Assembly: GCA_030141605.1 (NCBI GenBank)
Contig: JAQGDQ010000258.1
Location: forward strand, 248,001-312,000
DNA: 64,000 nucleotides
Direction: 5' to 3'
Source: Tubiluchus corallicola
Taxonomy: Eukaryota > Animalia > Priapulida
This document shows, piece after piece, positions 12,603-25,704 of this stretch. The position numbers and the translations under genes were made by a program. Within the stretch, counting starts at the first letter, position 1, and each line of letters starts with the position of its first letter. Under the pieces are notes generated by a model, which worked only from the letters and a program-made list of their open reading frames with translations, did not search any database and was not told the origin of the DNA.

Positions 12603-13250
12603 TTAATGATTTCAATACGGCGATGAGTGTAGTTGCAAAAAACCACCTGAACTGCAAAAATTAATATTCTTTTTTCTTCCAAGTTTGTTCGAGAACTTTA
12701 TCAGCAAGAAATTTACATTGTTGAATTTTGATACTCTATTTCTCAATTAATCAAATTTTGAGGTTGTCTGCAGTTGGTAGTATATTAATAATCGTAATAA
12801 TTTTTATTTAAAATTTTTTAGACAATAAGTGTTTAAACATATTTTTAGATAACACAACTCAGCTTTGAGACTTTTATTGGTGGCTATATATAACATAACA
12901 GAATATAAGAACATATTAACAAAGATTATTATTTCCCCTCTTTTGTCTTTATAAGATTGCGGAAGGCAGGGTAAAAGAAAATACCATGCTTGAAATCTTT
13001 GCCCTTATGTATGATCCAGCTGACAATCCTAACTGAAACCACAGGGTAGTTAGACTGTAATCTCAAAAGATGAAGGCAGTTGGAAAAATATACATGACTT
13101 CAAATTTTACGTCATTGGCGATGGTGGATTTGTCAAGGCATGTTTACAGTTCACATGGTTGATTTTGGGTTTTGGTTTTGAATTAAATTGAAAAATTATG
13201 AAAGCTTAATCACAAAAAGTTTGATCTGCCCAGAATGTTAAAAAGTAATA

Positions 13251-14866
13251 TCTATACTCTTATATTAATATTCTTGGTATATATATTTATATATATATAA
13301 GATTCGAGGCTACAGCTCCGACGAGGGCACCATTTGGGGCGATCTATACATCAAACGAAAGGTCTCGATCTAGTGTCGTGCCATTGATGGTTTATTTTTC
13401 GAATCGGGCCCACCGGGAGGAACGGGAGGCGAAAAACCTCCAAAAATGGCCCTTTTTCGGCCGTTTTTTGTAAAAGTTATACGGCTGAGATGTAGAGAAC
13501 GGGAACGGGCCGAGGGGGGTGCTGGGTATGGATAGATAGCCCGTTCAGCGGTGGGTGTAGTAGGCATATTTAGAATTCCCGAGAGGGCCAGGGCGCCCCG
13601 CAACGGGCGTTTTCCCGGACCCAACTCGCGATTTTTTCGAAATTTTGACCAAACAGCATGCGGGAAAAACGTTCTAGCGGCGCCCGGTGGGACTCTCGGA
13701 AGGAGATATATAGCTCATCAGAAAGAGGAAGAACGGGGCTACACGATGATGTGGGATATATTTTAGGGCAGGTCCACCGAGAGGAGTATCAACGAGTTAG
13801 TTAGGAGTTCTATTTTTGGCAATTTTCACTTAGAAAACTGCTGACGCAAAGGCATTGTTGTGACGTCATCCATTGTACTCTACGCTGCTTATAACTTTAA
13901 TTCAGCAAAAAGCTACAGGCTTTGCGTTAGTTAAACAAACAGTAGGCACGATGTTACGGGCTTTGTGTTATAAATGTGGACTAGGTAGGATGTTCGCGTA
14001 TTATTGATTACACGTGTATTTATACGCAAAATCTTTTGCGGGGCCTTTGCTATTTATTATATTATAGCACATAGTTTCAACTTTGTGAAAAATGTTTGGA
14101 ATGGTTTTGTTGTAATGCTGTGCTGTTGGTGCTTGTGCTATAGGTGTTGTCATCGTTGCCACCATCATCATCATCATCATCAACATCATGATCACCACGT
14201 GAGGTGGTGGATTTGATGTGGTGTGGTGGTGGTGTGCTTTGTGTGTTGTGCTATGGATGGTGTGGTGGGGTGATAGGGTGTGTGGGGTGTGGTGTGGGTA
14301 GTGTGGTATGGAGTGGGTGGCGTGGTGTGTGGGTGGGTGTTGTGGTGCAGTGTGGTGTTATGGTGTGGTACTGTGCGGTGTGATGTGGTTGAGTATTATG
14401 GTGTGGGTGGTGTGGTGTGGTGTGTGGGTGGTGCGGTGCAGTGGTATGGTGTGGTGTGGTGGAGTCGTATGGTGTGGGTGGTGTGGTGTGTGGGTGGTGC
14501 GGTGTGCTGCAGCGGTGTGGTGCGGTGTGGTGTGTAGGTTGGTGGGTGGTGTGGTGTTATGGTGTGGTGCTGTGCGGTGTGGTGCAGTGTGGTGTTATGG
14601 TGTGGTGCTGTGCGGTGTGATGAGGTGGAGTATTATGGTGTGGTGTGGTGTGTGGGTGGTGCAGTGGTATGGTGTGGTGTGATGTGGTGGAGTGGTATGG
14701 TGTGGGTGGTGTGGTGTGTAGGTGGTATGGTGGTGTGGTGTGATATGGTGGTGTGGTGTGTAGGTGGGTGGGTGGTGTGGTGCAGTGCGGTGTGATGAGG
14801 TGGAGTGGTGTGGTGTGGGTTTTGTGTTGATTTGTGCACAAAATTCTTTTTGTGGGGTTTGGCTAG
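13251..14866 (+). mobile_element. Complete non-autonomous Helitron
   Basis: Inserted between A13250 and T14867 with no TSD. 5' end TCTATAC; 3' end has a CACAAAA-ttct-TTTTGTG hairpin ~10 nt before the terminal CTAG. A related copy lies at 1640-2160. Contains a GC/CpG-rich block (~13310-13790) and a (GTGTG)n tract. Confidence 0.8.
14200..14820. repeat. G/T-rich (GTGTG/GGT)n low-complexity tract inside the Helitron
   Basis: Directly visible; source of the VWCG/HTTP pseudo-ORFs. Confidence 0.9.
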
Positions 14867-15104
14867 TGTATTATTATTACTATTAAATATTTTTGCTCCA
14901 TTTAAGTTGCCCAGAATGACAATTTTGCATCAAACTTTTGTGTGAATGAAAGTAGGAAAGTAACAATCCAAATGTACATTTACTTGCACACTAAATAGAT
15001 ATTTTTGATATTTAAGTTTTTTTACTCACTTTTTGCATTTTTTAGATAAAAACTGTTTATAAGCTGAGAAATTGGGAAGTTATTACATCCATGCGAAAAT
15101 CACT

Positions 15105-15764
15105 ATGGCAGGAGAAATTGTTGTAGTAGATGCTCTTCCGTACTTTGATCATGAATATGACGAACCAGGAGTGAGAGAAGCTGCACTGGAATTAGTAGAA
15201 GAGGAGACAAGGAGGTACCGACCAACAAAAAACTACCTGGACTACCTTCCACCTCCTAATTTCAGTTTATTTGAAACAGAGGTTTTAAAGAATGAATTTG
15301 AAAGATTGTCTAATCGTCTACCAATGGACATGTTAAGTATGAAACGTTATGAACTTCCTGCTCCTCCTGCGGGAAAAACAACAGATGTTCAAGCTTGGCA
15401 GGAATGTGTGGAAAATTCAATGGCACAGCTAGAACATCAAGCCACTCGTATAGCTAATCTAGAACTGATGACGATGTACGGGGCCAATGCATGGAAAGTG
15501 CATAACAGTATTCTTGCACAGTTGGTTGAACAAAGCCAGAAACAGTTACAGGAACTAAACAAGATGATCCAAAACATCAACTGGCATCGTAAGCAAGACC
15601 AGACCAAAGCCGGAGAGACGCTTAATAAGTTAGAAGCAAACTGGGTCGGACTAGTGTCAAAAAATTACGAGATTGAACAAGCATGTGCTCAACTAGAGAA
15701 AGAGTTAAATGAATTGCAAGAAAGTGGTGCCACCAAGCGAATAAAATATGATGCATACCAGTAG
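15105..15764 (+). CDS. BCAS2: Pre-mRNA splicing factor SPF27/BCAS2 (Prp19/CDC5L complex), 219 aa, single coding exon
   Basis: [76 protein letters not shown] is the full-length BCAS2 signature. The true ATG is at 15105. A polypyrimidine tract and TAG acceptor end at 15045. Confidence 0.95.
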   Translation: MAGEIVVVDALPYFDHEYDEPGVREAALELVEEETRRYRPTKNYLDYLPPPNFSLFETEVLKNEFERLSNRLPMDMLSMKRYELPAPPAGKTTDVQAWQECVENSMAQLEHQATRIANLELMTMYGANAWKVHNSILAQLVEQSQKQLQELNKMIQNINWHRKQDQTKAGETLNKLEANWVGLVSKNYEIEQACAQLEKELNELQESGATKRIKYDAYQ

Positions 15765-18700
15765 TTAGCTGGAGTAATGTAAAATTTGACTAATTTCGCA
15801 CACATTTTTTAAATTTAAACAACAATTGAAGAAAGCTTTTAGCCTGTCTTTTTAAAAAGATTTGAGCACATTTATATGCATCACACAACTTGTGGTAACT
15901 GTGAAATTTAATTATGTTTTAATAGTTCACAACTGCTGACATACATTTTATTATAATCTTCTGGAAATTATGGCAAATAAACGTGATTAAGTTTTGTGCT
16001 GGTGAAGTGGAATTTAATTATGACTTATTTTTAGCATTCCATCTATTTCAAAAAGGCATGCTAGTTATCATTGTAAAATACTGTTGGATATTAAAACACA
16101 CTGTAACTGATTGTAAGCAGCTAAATTTATGTGTGAAAATTTGGATGTTCTCCTTCTCGATTAACATGATTTTGATTTTGGTTACTTTGGCTGGACCTCA
16201 TAATTTATTAACTCAGCATTTGTAAACTTAAAATAGTTTTTTAGAACTCTTGTTTTATCTCCATCTCAGTTAACTTTAACTAGTGTTTGGTAAGTACAGA
16301 GTTGCAGTCAACTAAGCTAGCTACCAATTTTACATTTAACTACACTTAACAGTTATTAGCAAAAATACATAGCTTGTTAAACTTATAGTTCCAATAATAG
16401 CAGTTACTTTGACTTTCTGTCTAAAGAAAAAAGTTTTGCATTTCACTATCGATTGCTTTATTTATGTGCATTCCAATTGTTTTTCTATTTTGTTTAAACA
16501 AAGTAAAAAACAAGTTAATTGCTTAATAACAAAAGCTTGTCTAACACATTTCAATGTTTCTGGAAATATTTCTCTTTTAATCCAGTTCTCTTTCTAGAAT
16601 AACTGATCCTGTCTTCTACAGCAATATAGAGCTTTGCAAAAATTGAAAGCAAGTCTGTTGAACTGGCAACACTTTGAAACTTAATTTGCTTAGTGATTGT
16701 TAGCAGGCATTAGCTTATGCACTTAAAAAGTTTGTGACTAAGCATAAAAAATAAAATTGAGGCTTCGCTAAAGCTACTGAACAAATGAGTCAATTTTAGT
16801 TGCGCATCTGTACTGCTGACTCACATTGGGATTACATTGTCTTTGTTATTTTTTATGCTATTTCGTTTTCATTTTAGCATTTATAAGCAAATTCAAAACA
16901 ACAACAGTTAGCACATTTGACAAAATTTGTAAGTGGAAATAAATAGTGTTCACATTATTGTGACCTAGTTAACAATGTTCAAACAATATTTATAATTGCA
17001 CTAACCTTAGTTATATAAGCATTTATTTTATACTTTGAGTTTATTAACTTAAGCAGTCTCTAGCTTTTTTTATTGAATTTTGATAACCAATAACTATTTT
17101 GCTAACTTGTCAGGTAGTTTAAATGCATTTGGGCCGTGACTTCATTTATCTAAATAATTTTACACTTTGTGCTTTATATTACAGAGGTTTAAACGAGCAT
17201 GTCCTCTCAACCTTTCATTTTTCATAAACTAACAAATCCTAATTGTTTCTGGGGCAAAAACGCAAAGGCGTATCCATGATAACAAATAACATCGTTAGAT
17301 CTATGCTTGACAAAACCGGGATTCTGTCTTCAAAATGCTTTTCAATAAAAGGCTCTCATTTAGCTTGTTTTCTTTGTTTAATTTTTACTATTAGCTATAC
17401 TGTAGTTTATTCATTAGGTTTTTAGGTGTTAGATCTCTTGAAGCGTACTTCCACTAAATTTTCGAACTTTCTACCTCTGATACATGTTTAAACAAGCGTG
17501 TCAACTATTTTATAATAACATAATTATATTTGCGTTTATAGCTGGATTGATTCTCCTTGCTCTACTGGATATAATAATAATTGTGTTAACGTAGCAGGTA
17601 AACGCTATATAAAGGCTGATTAAAATTTCTCTCATGATATGACATCACTTGATACCAGACAGGTTATGAATCAGTTTCGTTTGACAGCTTTTCGTTGATA
17701 ATTGCTGATAGTTGGTAGCGGAACTGCTACAGTATTTTTTCATTGATATAATATAGCAGACGTCTTCACTTTCAATAACTATCTAGCATTGCAGTCGGGA
17801 CTACGGTATACATTGTAGACTTAATACTTACGTAAGGTACAACGTGTCTATCCACCTACCTTATTTATTTAAATTTATTGCATAGTGGAGAACATGTAAA
17901 ATGAAGTCTAACGAAAGATACACACAGTTAAATTCTTGTTCTTCTCTTAACCAGGTTTTTCTGGTTTAGTACTGATCTACATTGACTGACTGACCGACCA
18001 ATTTAACAACTGCCTGATGGACAGACATGTGGATGCTTGGATGGGTTGCTTCGCTGACTGAATTGGCTGATTGACTGGCTTGACCTAATGGTAGCTGTAC
18101 TGGCTGAATCATTTGTTAGTGTATTGAGTGATTGGTTAATAATTGGGCACATTCCCTTATTCATTGTTTGGTTGCATTATAAACTAATTGATCGGTTGAT
18201 TGACTGACTGATTCACAGATATTATTAATTGATTGATTCAGGCTGACTGACTGATGACCAATCCAGTGGTTATCTTGACTGAGAGAGAATGATTGGTATA
18301 TCGAATGCTTAGTTGATTAATTGACTGACTCACTGATTATTTTGTTAATTCTAAAACAAAACGGTAAATAATTTGTCTTATTTCTTAATAAATATTGTGC
18401 AATAAAATTTCCTTATTGGTTTCTTGATTAATTGATTGCACTTATAAGTACGTTTGTTCACCATGACGGTGCATCCTTGTTTGTATTATTTTTGTTCTTT
18501 GAAATCAAAGCTTATCTCATTGCCGTAAAAGGTTTTTGCTTAAGATGTTGGCAGGACACTGAAATCAGCCCACTTGCTATGATGAAAATGGTGCATACGC
18601 GTTTTTAAACATCACATGTTTAGCTCACTACTGTAGTATATTGTTCTGTAATATTTTTCTCAAGTAGTGCTGTGTGTATATTGTGCCGTTACCTTATCCC

Positions 18701-19336
18701 CATCATTTAAATCTTAAAATATGTCTCTAAGCCATCAAATCTTGTTACAGCAAAAACTTGCTGTGCAACAAATATTTCTACGTGCATAATAGCATCTTAA
18801 AGATTGTAACTGTAATTTTACATATAACTTCTTAAATTTAAGCAAAAAACCACATCTAACATGTTATGATTAATTTTCATGAATCCTCATTAATTTAAGC
18901 CATAAATCCAAGATCTAGTACTACAATGCATATTAAGCCCTACTTCATTTTCTAATTAATATACAACGTCTAAAACACGACGGAGTTTTGACGGAGACAA
19001 AATCAGCAGATAATTGTAGGCCTAATTATAGTATCTGTAACTGACTGTTTATATATGCTGTTCTTTTTGTTTGTTACACTTAGACCTATATAATCTTCAT
19101 TCGTTGCTACTTGAAAAGACATACGTTTATTGTGGTAATTTTAGATTAGTTGTTGTAAGTTACCGTTTTGTTACAGATATACGTATATGTGCAGTTTGTC
19201 AATAAATAAATTAAATTTAACAGGAAAACTCGTGTTAAAATGGAAACCCAGAGTCCCAGACTGAGATGACCACCAGTTAATTCCCTAATATTTGTTACTA
19301 ACTTTGATAGTATACTGCAAGATATGCCAGTAAAAT

Positions 19337-19427
<91 letters not shown>

Positions 19428-19452
19428 ATATATATATATAAATTATATATAT
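19337..19452. repeat. (TA)n microsatellite
   Basis: Directly visible. Confidence 0.9.
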
Positions 19453-20286
19453 AAAAACTGACTCTTAGGCCTGTATATAATACGCGAACATTTTTAACCT
19501 AGTGCGTTGTTAACCCTGTTCACCTATTAAACACTGAACTGTCCTGTGGTAAATTTGTGGGTACACTGTCGCCATTCACACTGACTGAGCTATATCCAAA
19601 AGAGACTTATGGTGCGATATCCCTTTTTCGTAAGTCCTAGAGAACACCCTTTCTTCGAGGTGTTTGGAAAAAATTCAAAACTTTGAAAAAAGGTCGGTCG
19701 GTCGTAAAAAGTCAATTAAAAAACCATGGGGACCCCTTGAGTTCTAGGTAACCTTACTGCACCAGAAAGAATCTTTTGACCCCTTTTCTTTCTCGTTCTA
19801 AATAAGAAATAATTATCGGTTGAGGAAAATTCAAACAGAAACGTTTCATTTGAAGCATGGGGAGTAACATCTATACACATATGAGTAGAAGATTTGATTC
19901 GGTTTGATTAAATAGCTTACAGTTCTAGTTAGTAATGTTTTATTCTAATATTCGCAGCTTTCATTACATACTCGTCTACAGTAAGCTTGCTGAATCTGAA
20001 ACTTGTAAAAAACTGTTTCAAGCAGTCTGCTTAGAGAAGGTTACTACAGACCCAAGTTCTTCAGACTTGTAACCAAGTTATATAAATTATGTACAGAATC
20101 ATTAGAATTTTCTGCTGGAACAAACTGGTCAATTTCACTCATGCATTAGACTGACAAATAGCCAAACAGCCATTCTGTTGATACTTTGAATGTAACTTGA
20201 ATTGCCCTTAAAGTTAATTTGAGGCCACATTGATTAGCTATAATAAGCATCTTTCTGATATAATACACACTAAACATGTTTCTTAC

Positions 20287-23200
20287 CATTTGGTATTGGT
20301 CGCTTAGGATAGCGACTATTCGCAGAATCGTAAGCATAGTAGACCTTTGCTGAGTTTTCCGTCACTTGAGATTCCTTCTGTTTCTGTGGTAGGGCAGGCT
20401 GGTTATTGTAAACTGTAGTTTCCAGCAACATTTTAAGATCGTTTGTCTTTTTCTTTTCTGTTTTGTCTGATGCATCTGCATTACTCGTTGGTTTAGATGA
20501 AGAAGCTTTTAATGTATCTTCTATTGTTTTTTCATCTAATATGCGCGGTTGTCCATTAGACTGTTTGAAATCATTCTTTAGTGATTTGCTTGTGTTTGTC
20601 TGTTTTGTGGAGGACAGGTCTAAAATTTCTACTTTTTTCGTACTACTGCTTTCCGTTGGTTCTGTGTAATGCTTGCCACCACTTGTTAAAACTTTACTTG
20701 TTGCTGTTGTTGCTTTTTGGCTTGTTTTAGCATCTACAGCAATCGTTGCAGCAGTAGGCGTTTTAATTAGCTGAAGAATTGACGCATTATTATTTGCTTG
20801 TCTTACGTTATCTTGGGTACCATCAGTGCTCATACTTTGTTCGTGCCTTGATTTTTCATTTCTGATACTACTGTTGTGCAATCCACTGGTTTGTTTATCA
20901 CTGTCGAAAACTACCAAAAGTTTTTCCATGGACTTATTAGAAGGTGCAGCTTCTTGAGTGACTTTAGCTTTTTTTAGCTGTAGAGAGTGCGATGCCACTT
21001 TGTTGTTCTCTGTGTCTGAATTCTGAAGATTTAGGGAAGTGCGTGGCGTTTTTAACTCTGTAATTCTCAAGTTTGTAGGTTGAATATAATCTTCTTGATT
21101 AGTAACAAGAATGTCTTTGCTCGAAAGTGGTTGGCTCTGCTCACTTTCCTGCGTTGAGTAGAATCCTTGTAGGATGTCAGAGTATGGATTGTTGTTAAGT
21201 GTGGACGCCTGTAGTGTACTAGGGGCTAGTGTTTGCAATATTTCATAGCCAAACACTTTCCTTTGAGGAGCGTCTGTTGTGGAAAGTTGTCGTGCTTTGG
21301 TAGAATTTGCTTGCTTTGGCAACGATACATCGGTACCTTGTTTTAAGACGTCACTATCTGATAAAGATGTGCTTTTGTAAATTTCACTTGATTGCTCTTG
21401 CTTCTGCACATCCACTGAATGGGTGAAAGTTGTGTTTTTCCTACTAGTGGGGTTATGTGCAGAAGCATCTCTATTAACCAAACTTCGCAGTTTCAAGTCT
21501 GTATTTAAATGTTCTTGTGGATCAGAATTTCTTACTTTTTTGTCTGAACTGGCTTCGTGTTTTGTGGAAGGCGAATCAGACTGATAAGAATCTAAATTGA
21601 GATAATTTTGTTTTCTTTCTTGTCTTTCATTTAACTTCCTCAGTCTTACACGATTGAAATCCTTGTTGCTTCTTTCGGTTTTTCTGAAGTCTTCATACTT
21701 TATTCGATCATTTGTATGGTCGCTAGTTCTATAACCGTCATGGCCAAGACGAAAACTGTCTTGTAGCGCCCATTTATCAAATCGTCGAGGGGAAAATCCT
21801 TTAAATCGCCTTGGTACCGTATTGCCAGAGCCATAACGGCTTCGAGATTTTAATCTTTCCACAGGACGCGAGCTCGATCGTAAGTGTTCATATGGTGTTT
21901 GTGGAATTGCAACGTTCTTCAATCTAGCAGAAGTTGTAAACCTTGGAGGTGATCTGTCTAAATCTTCTGATTTTATACTTGCTTCACTATATTGAACGAA
22001 GGTCGGTCGGTGTTGTTTTTCTTGTTGTATATGATGCTGCCTGTATTCTGAGTAATTTTGTAATGCATGAGTTTTTGAAACACGTGAGTCATAATGAGTA
22101 CCCTTGTTCTTCTGTTCGTAACCCCTTACATTATTGCTTGAAATCGTTTTTTTTCTAGCGGAATCAGATTGTAATATATCCTTTTCTCTGTCATGCTGTT
22201 CCTGCCTCGATTCAGCATGTTGATGAGTTAGAACAACCTGTTTATCAAAAGTGGGTGCTCTTGGTACATTGATTGCGGAAAGCTCCAGCAATTTACCCTG
22301 TTCATGGTCTTGAGTCACACTGCGTCTGTTGGTGCTATCTGCATCACGCCGATCATGTGAATGTTCATGAACGACACGACCATCTTGTTCTTCACTACGA
22401 ACATGTTGCGTTTTTGTACCAGATTGTCTTACAGATGCTGGCAAAATGCGTTTAAACTGGTTACGTCTTTCATTGGACTGTCTGGCAACTGACGATTGAG
22501 GTTTAGGTTGTGGCCGATAAAATTCTTGCCTGTTCACTGGGACAGGACTAGCATTTAATTTCTTGATTGATACAGGTTCATCTTGGATGTATTGTGGTTG
22601 AGTTCTTGACTGGGGGTTCGTTGGAATATTTCTCGCCAATTTTCTGTAATATTCACCCTGTTCAGATAACGATTTTTTGCTAACTTTTCCAGTCTTTCTG
22701 CCCGGATAGGAATTCGCACTTCTACCTCTTGTCTGTTCTATTCGAGACTGTGGTGGAGGATTTTGGCGGTTGTTACCACGATTTGTGACGACAGATATAA
22801 CGTCGTCATTAGTTTTGTGTGTTTTCGTCAGCAGTGATGACATATCTTCATGGGTCTCTTCTGTTTCTGGTTCATTGCTTACTTTTTCTAGTAATAATCG
22901 AACATGATCGATGTTTACTCCAAAATCCACCAGTAATTTTGCCGTCGGATCAAAATCCTGGATAAACTTTTCCCCTGTTTTGGAGGGCGGCCTCTCTTTG
23001 GGATCCCGGCCAGCCACTGTACCTTCAAATGGACTTTTAGCCACTTCTTTTTTATAAGGTTTATATTGAATGGAAGAGGACCTGACTCTCTCGGTTTTCT
23101 TAGGTGCAAGTGAAGGTCTCTGATGAGTATGAGGATGTTCTTTACTCGTTCGTTGATTGTCATACCTGCCATCTTGTCGTGCAGACTCTACTGAAATTCC

Positions 23201-23700
23201 TCGATTTCCAAGAGTATTATAATCTTCCTTTCGATAACTAACAAATCCCCTCTGACCAAGATTTACTGGCGGAGGATTCGCTGAATACAGGTTAGGCAAA
23301 AAGTCTGCATTCTGGCCATTTAATGGCGGACTCTGAGTTTTGATGTGAAACCTGGCCTCAGAAAAGTTTTGATTGCTTCTTTGATCGGGAACAAAATGTG
23401 ATAAAGTTCTTGCTCTGGTATAATCTGTTCTAGGCACGCTTGATCTTGAAAAAGATGCCCCCACTCGCCTACTTGCTGCTGATGCGCCCAGTATTGACGG
23501 ATATTCTACTACAGACGTCGCTGTTTTTGCTACTGATGAGATCGGAAGTGCTTCAGAAGTTCTGTAGGCACTTGCGGTTGATGGCCCTCGCCTTGGAAAC
23601 GAGATACGTGATGCCACTTTCCGGTTGAATCGCTCTGGAGAAGACGGTCGTATGACTATTGGACTAACGTCTGTGAAAAACTTTTGTGGCCTCAGACGAT
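20287..23700 (-). CDS. Cda5: Chitin deacetylase exon 3: 3414-nt exon encoding a ~1138-aa Ser/Arg/Thr/Gln/Lys-rich disordered linker
   Basis: Long open frame in AT-rich DNA. TTTCAG acceptor (23702-23701) and GTAAGA donor from 20286; phase 1-1, joining in frame to the CBM14 exon and to exon 4 (...YPKRPIPN-A-AKPC). Confidence 0.85.
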
Positions 23701-24400
23701 CTGAAATTACGAAAAAAAGGATTTTAATGAAGGTGCGCTTCATACGTAATGATAATGATCGTGCGAGATAGCTTTCCTTGATATCATCTATTTGGCTACG
23801 TAAGCAAGTTTACATGGTGGTATTATGACGCCTGAAAGACTAGTTCCAGTTTTTGCATTGGCTATTGCATTGGACTTAGCGGATTAGACACATGACTTTT
23901 AGCAACTAGACTAACATAGTAAATGTATTTACTTCCAGCATTTAGTAAAATATTGAAAGTGCAAAGAACGCGCTGGCTGAGTGAACTAGATAAGCATAAA
24001 TTATAACAACCAATTTCTGAGCAATGTTTATAATCTTTAATGCAAAAGATTTATTAGTGTTTATTCGTAGAAAACATAGGACAAGTTTTATTTCTAAAAA
24101 TGGACAAAAATTTGGCACAGTTTTTGATAAATTGTGGGCTGTTATGAAGAATATTTTATTTGATGTCTTAACAAAAAGTTTCAAAAAAATCGAAAAATTA
24201 CAAGCATTAAATCACAAATTTATAAAGTATCCCCAGAAGAAGGTTGGCGAAATAATCTTGCAGGCGTGGCTTTTTAATGTAACTGTAATTATACAATCAG
24301 ATGTTTTAGTGTGATTAGGTAACAGACCTTGCGGTTTAATATTGAAGGGCAATTAGACTTATGAGAAATTTGTTGCAAAAAGAGGCTAAAAATGTGAAAT

Positions 24401-24645
24401 CATCGGAACTTGAACAGAGATAAATGGATTATGCCCACATGCTCTACGTCTAAGCTATGTACACACATAGAGAAAGTAGCCCTGTTTTCACATCTCACTG
24501 AAAACAATTAAATATTGCCACATATATCCCTAGCCTGCAGTTGGCGTTATTTGGTTATGTCTGCTGATGATAATTCAGGCCTGCTTTCTCCAAATGGTTA
24601 GAGCAAGCGGTCATAATCCTGTGGCCTCGGGTTGAAGTCCCGATG
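24401..24645. mobile_element. Back-to-back pair of tRNA-derived (Met-like CAT loop) heads
   Basis: Minus strand ~24465-24401: TAGCTTAGACGTAGAGC..GGGCATAATCC..GTTCAAGTTCCGATG. Plus strand ~24590-24645: AATGGTTAGAGC..GGTCATAATCC..GGTTGAAGTCCCGATG. Confidence 0.6.
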
Positions 24646-25704
24646 CACGGTTTTGAATCTAAGTAAAGTAGGCTGTCTGACTTAAAAGCAACTGTAAGGC
24701 AGTGGCGTGGTGACTCTGTCTTTATAAATAAAACTGACTTGATTTTGCTCCCCTGTGAACAAAATTGCAAATTGTTCGCCAGATCTCCTTTTAGTCAATA
24801 ATTAAGTTGATTGAGCAAACATACTAGCAAGTGTGCTGCCACTAATGTCACCGCGTTAATAAGTTTCAGTTTTTCTGTTAGACAGAACTGTAAAGATATA
24901 CATTGCAATATATTAAGCAACGCAATTCATAATTATGCTTAGTTAAGAGTTTTGTTGTTCAGTATCTGTGACGTATAGCTTAGTAGTAATGTTGATGTTC
25001 AGCTATATACTGCATAATTGAGTGAAGTTTCTGGCCGGCGATCAGAAGAAATAAACTAGTAACTTGTAAATAATAAAATTATGTGCAAATATAGCAAAAT
25101 TTAGTTGAACTCTGATTACGTAAAGCATTCATGTTCTTAAGTAGCTTACAGTTGGTGTTCTTCCGGCGTTAGATAGGAGTAATGAATTTCTAACTTTTTG
25201 CATTTTAGTCTGTACATTTAGCAACACCCTGTGCTGTAGCACCCCCTTGAATTTGTTGCACTGCTGCCACTGCCTCTGCTATTAGGTTCAACAAGAAAAA
25301 TGCTCTTTTGGCACTGCAGTTAAATAGGAGTCATGAAGGACCACCGGAAAAAATCATTGCATTCGTACAAAAGCTAAGATCAATCAGTGCAAGTCCTAAC
25401 TAAGACATGCCAGAAAAATGTGTAAACTCAAATGAACAGACTGAGAAGTATGTTTTTTAGTGACAATAGTAATACTAAAACAATAATTATTATTATCATT
25501 GCAAAATCACTGCATTATCAAAAATTGCAGAAAAATCTGAGGTGATTCAGCAGCGTCTATCCTAGGTTAAATGTAGGTTTCATGAAATTTAGTCAGAATG
25601 GTTAATATTACCTTACCTATTACTGTATACCTATTAACCCAAAAATTTGTGGCTACCAGCACATTCAATTGTGATGATAATAATAACATTTACTTCAGTG
25701 TAGA

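Noticed and set aside
14001-14841. His-rich and VWCG-rich ORFs
   Set aside because: Translations of simple repeats inside the Helitron.
15072-15104. ORF-track start of BCAS2 at 15072
   Set aside because: This is a TTG start; conservation begins at ATG 15105 (MAGE).
23701-23743. MKRTFIKILFFVIS as the signal peptide of a standalone 1157-aa gene
   Set aside because: It overlaps a polypyrimidine tract and CAG acceptor in the right phase for the CBM14 exon. An alternative start cannot be wholly excluded.
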